NCBI GenBank assembly: GCA_964016885.1 | Contig: OZ024743.1 | Span: forward strand, 318,184,001 to 318,248,000 | Direction: 5' to 3' | Source of the DNA: Eledone cirrhosa | Lineage: Eukaryota | DNA length: 64,000 bases | In this document: one piece after another, positions 63,521 through 64,000 of the stretch | Layout: each line of letters starts with the position of its first letter | Position numbering within the stretch: position 1 is the stretch's first letter | Notes under the pieces: model-generated | The model's input: the letters and a program-made list of their open reading frames with translations, nothing else | What the model was told of the DNA's origin: nothing | Databases searched by the model: none | Made by a program: the position numbers and the translations under genes

Positions 63521-64000
63521 TGAAGTTAGAATATTAAAATACTGTGTGACACAATTTGTGTACATATTTATATATTTTTCAGAACAATGGAAAATCAGAA
63601 TTAAGTAGGACAAACATTAATGATAAGGTCCAATTTTAAATCAGATTGCAGATTTAACCTACCAAAAACTTACTGTCGTATCATGGTGCCTACTGTTGCC
63701 ACCAATAACACCACCACCAACAACATGAACAAATGATTTAATAAATAATTAGAATAAGAGTCTTAATAAAGCTTACAATTGTCAAAGGTTCCAGAAAAAT
63801 ATTTTCACAACCAAATTAACATATTTTATGTAAATAAATATAACAAGAGCAATACATATCCATTCAAATGTTTTTAAGGCCAATTTGCTTACTAAAGTAG
63901 GGACTAGCTTTGCAGGACCCACAAAAGTCTTCACATCTGTCAGTCTTTTTTGAAGCTGGATGCACTTCTAGATGCCAGCCACAGTGATACATGCATGGTT

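Noticed and set aside
63660-63730. Further upstream TAF6L exon (GTAAGT donor-like site on the minus strand)
   Set aside because: The translation shows no TAF6-family similarity and no clear acceptor. The histone-fold exons are presumably outside the window.

Overview
Eukaryotic, AT-rich, repeat-dense genomic DNA. The repeat content (RTE-tailed SINEs, tRNA-head SINEs, (CAT)n tails) suggests an octopus-like cephalopod, which is an inference. Bases 1-~36570 are one uninterrupted tandem array of a 50-bp monomer (~730 copies, consensus TGTCAGGGACTATAGACAATAGCACCAATGCTAATCTATATGAT[AC/GT]TGTA). Each monomer holds an imperfect palindrome, and the array has a layered multi-kb duplication structure. 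Bases ~36570-49000 are intergenic and filled with SINE, LINE (RTE, CR1-like) and MITE fragments. On the minus strand, 61587->49042 holds the last eight coding exons of a TAF6L gene (SAGA subunit). All splice junctions are GT-AG and in frame, and the 5' exons lie beyond the right edge. The terminal exon encodes a long, unusual tail: three SUMO-consensus repeats, a charged helix, an acidic tract and two candidate ET-domain-binding motifs. The most unusual structure is a ~710-bp rearranged copy of this terminal exon inserted into an RTE element within one of the gene's own introns (52384-53094). Part of that copy is inverted, so the pre-mRNA could form an intron-exon duplex. No prokaryotic systems, CRISPR arrays or genuine tRNA/rRNA genes were found.
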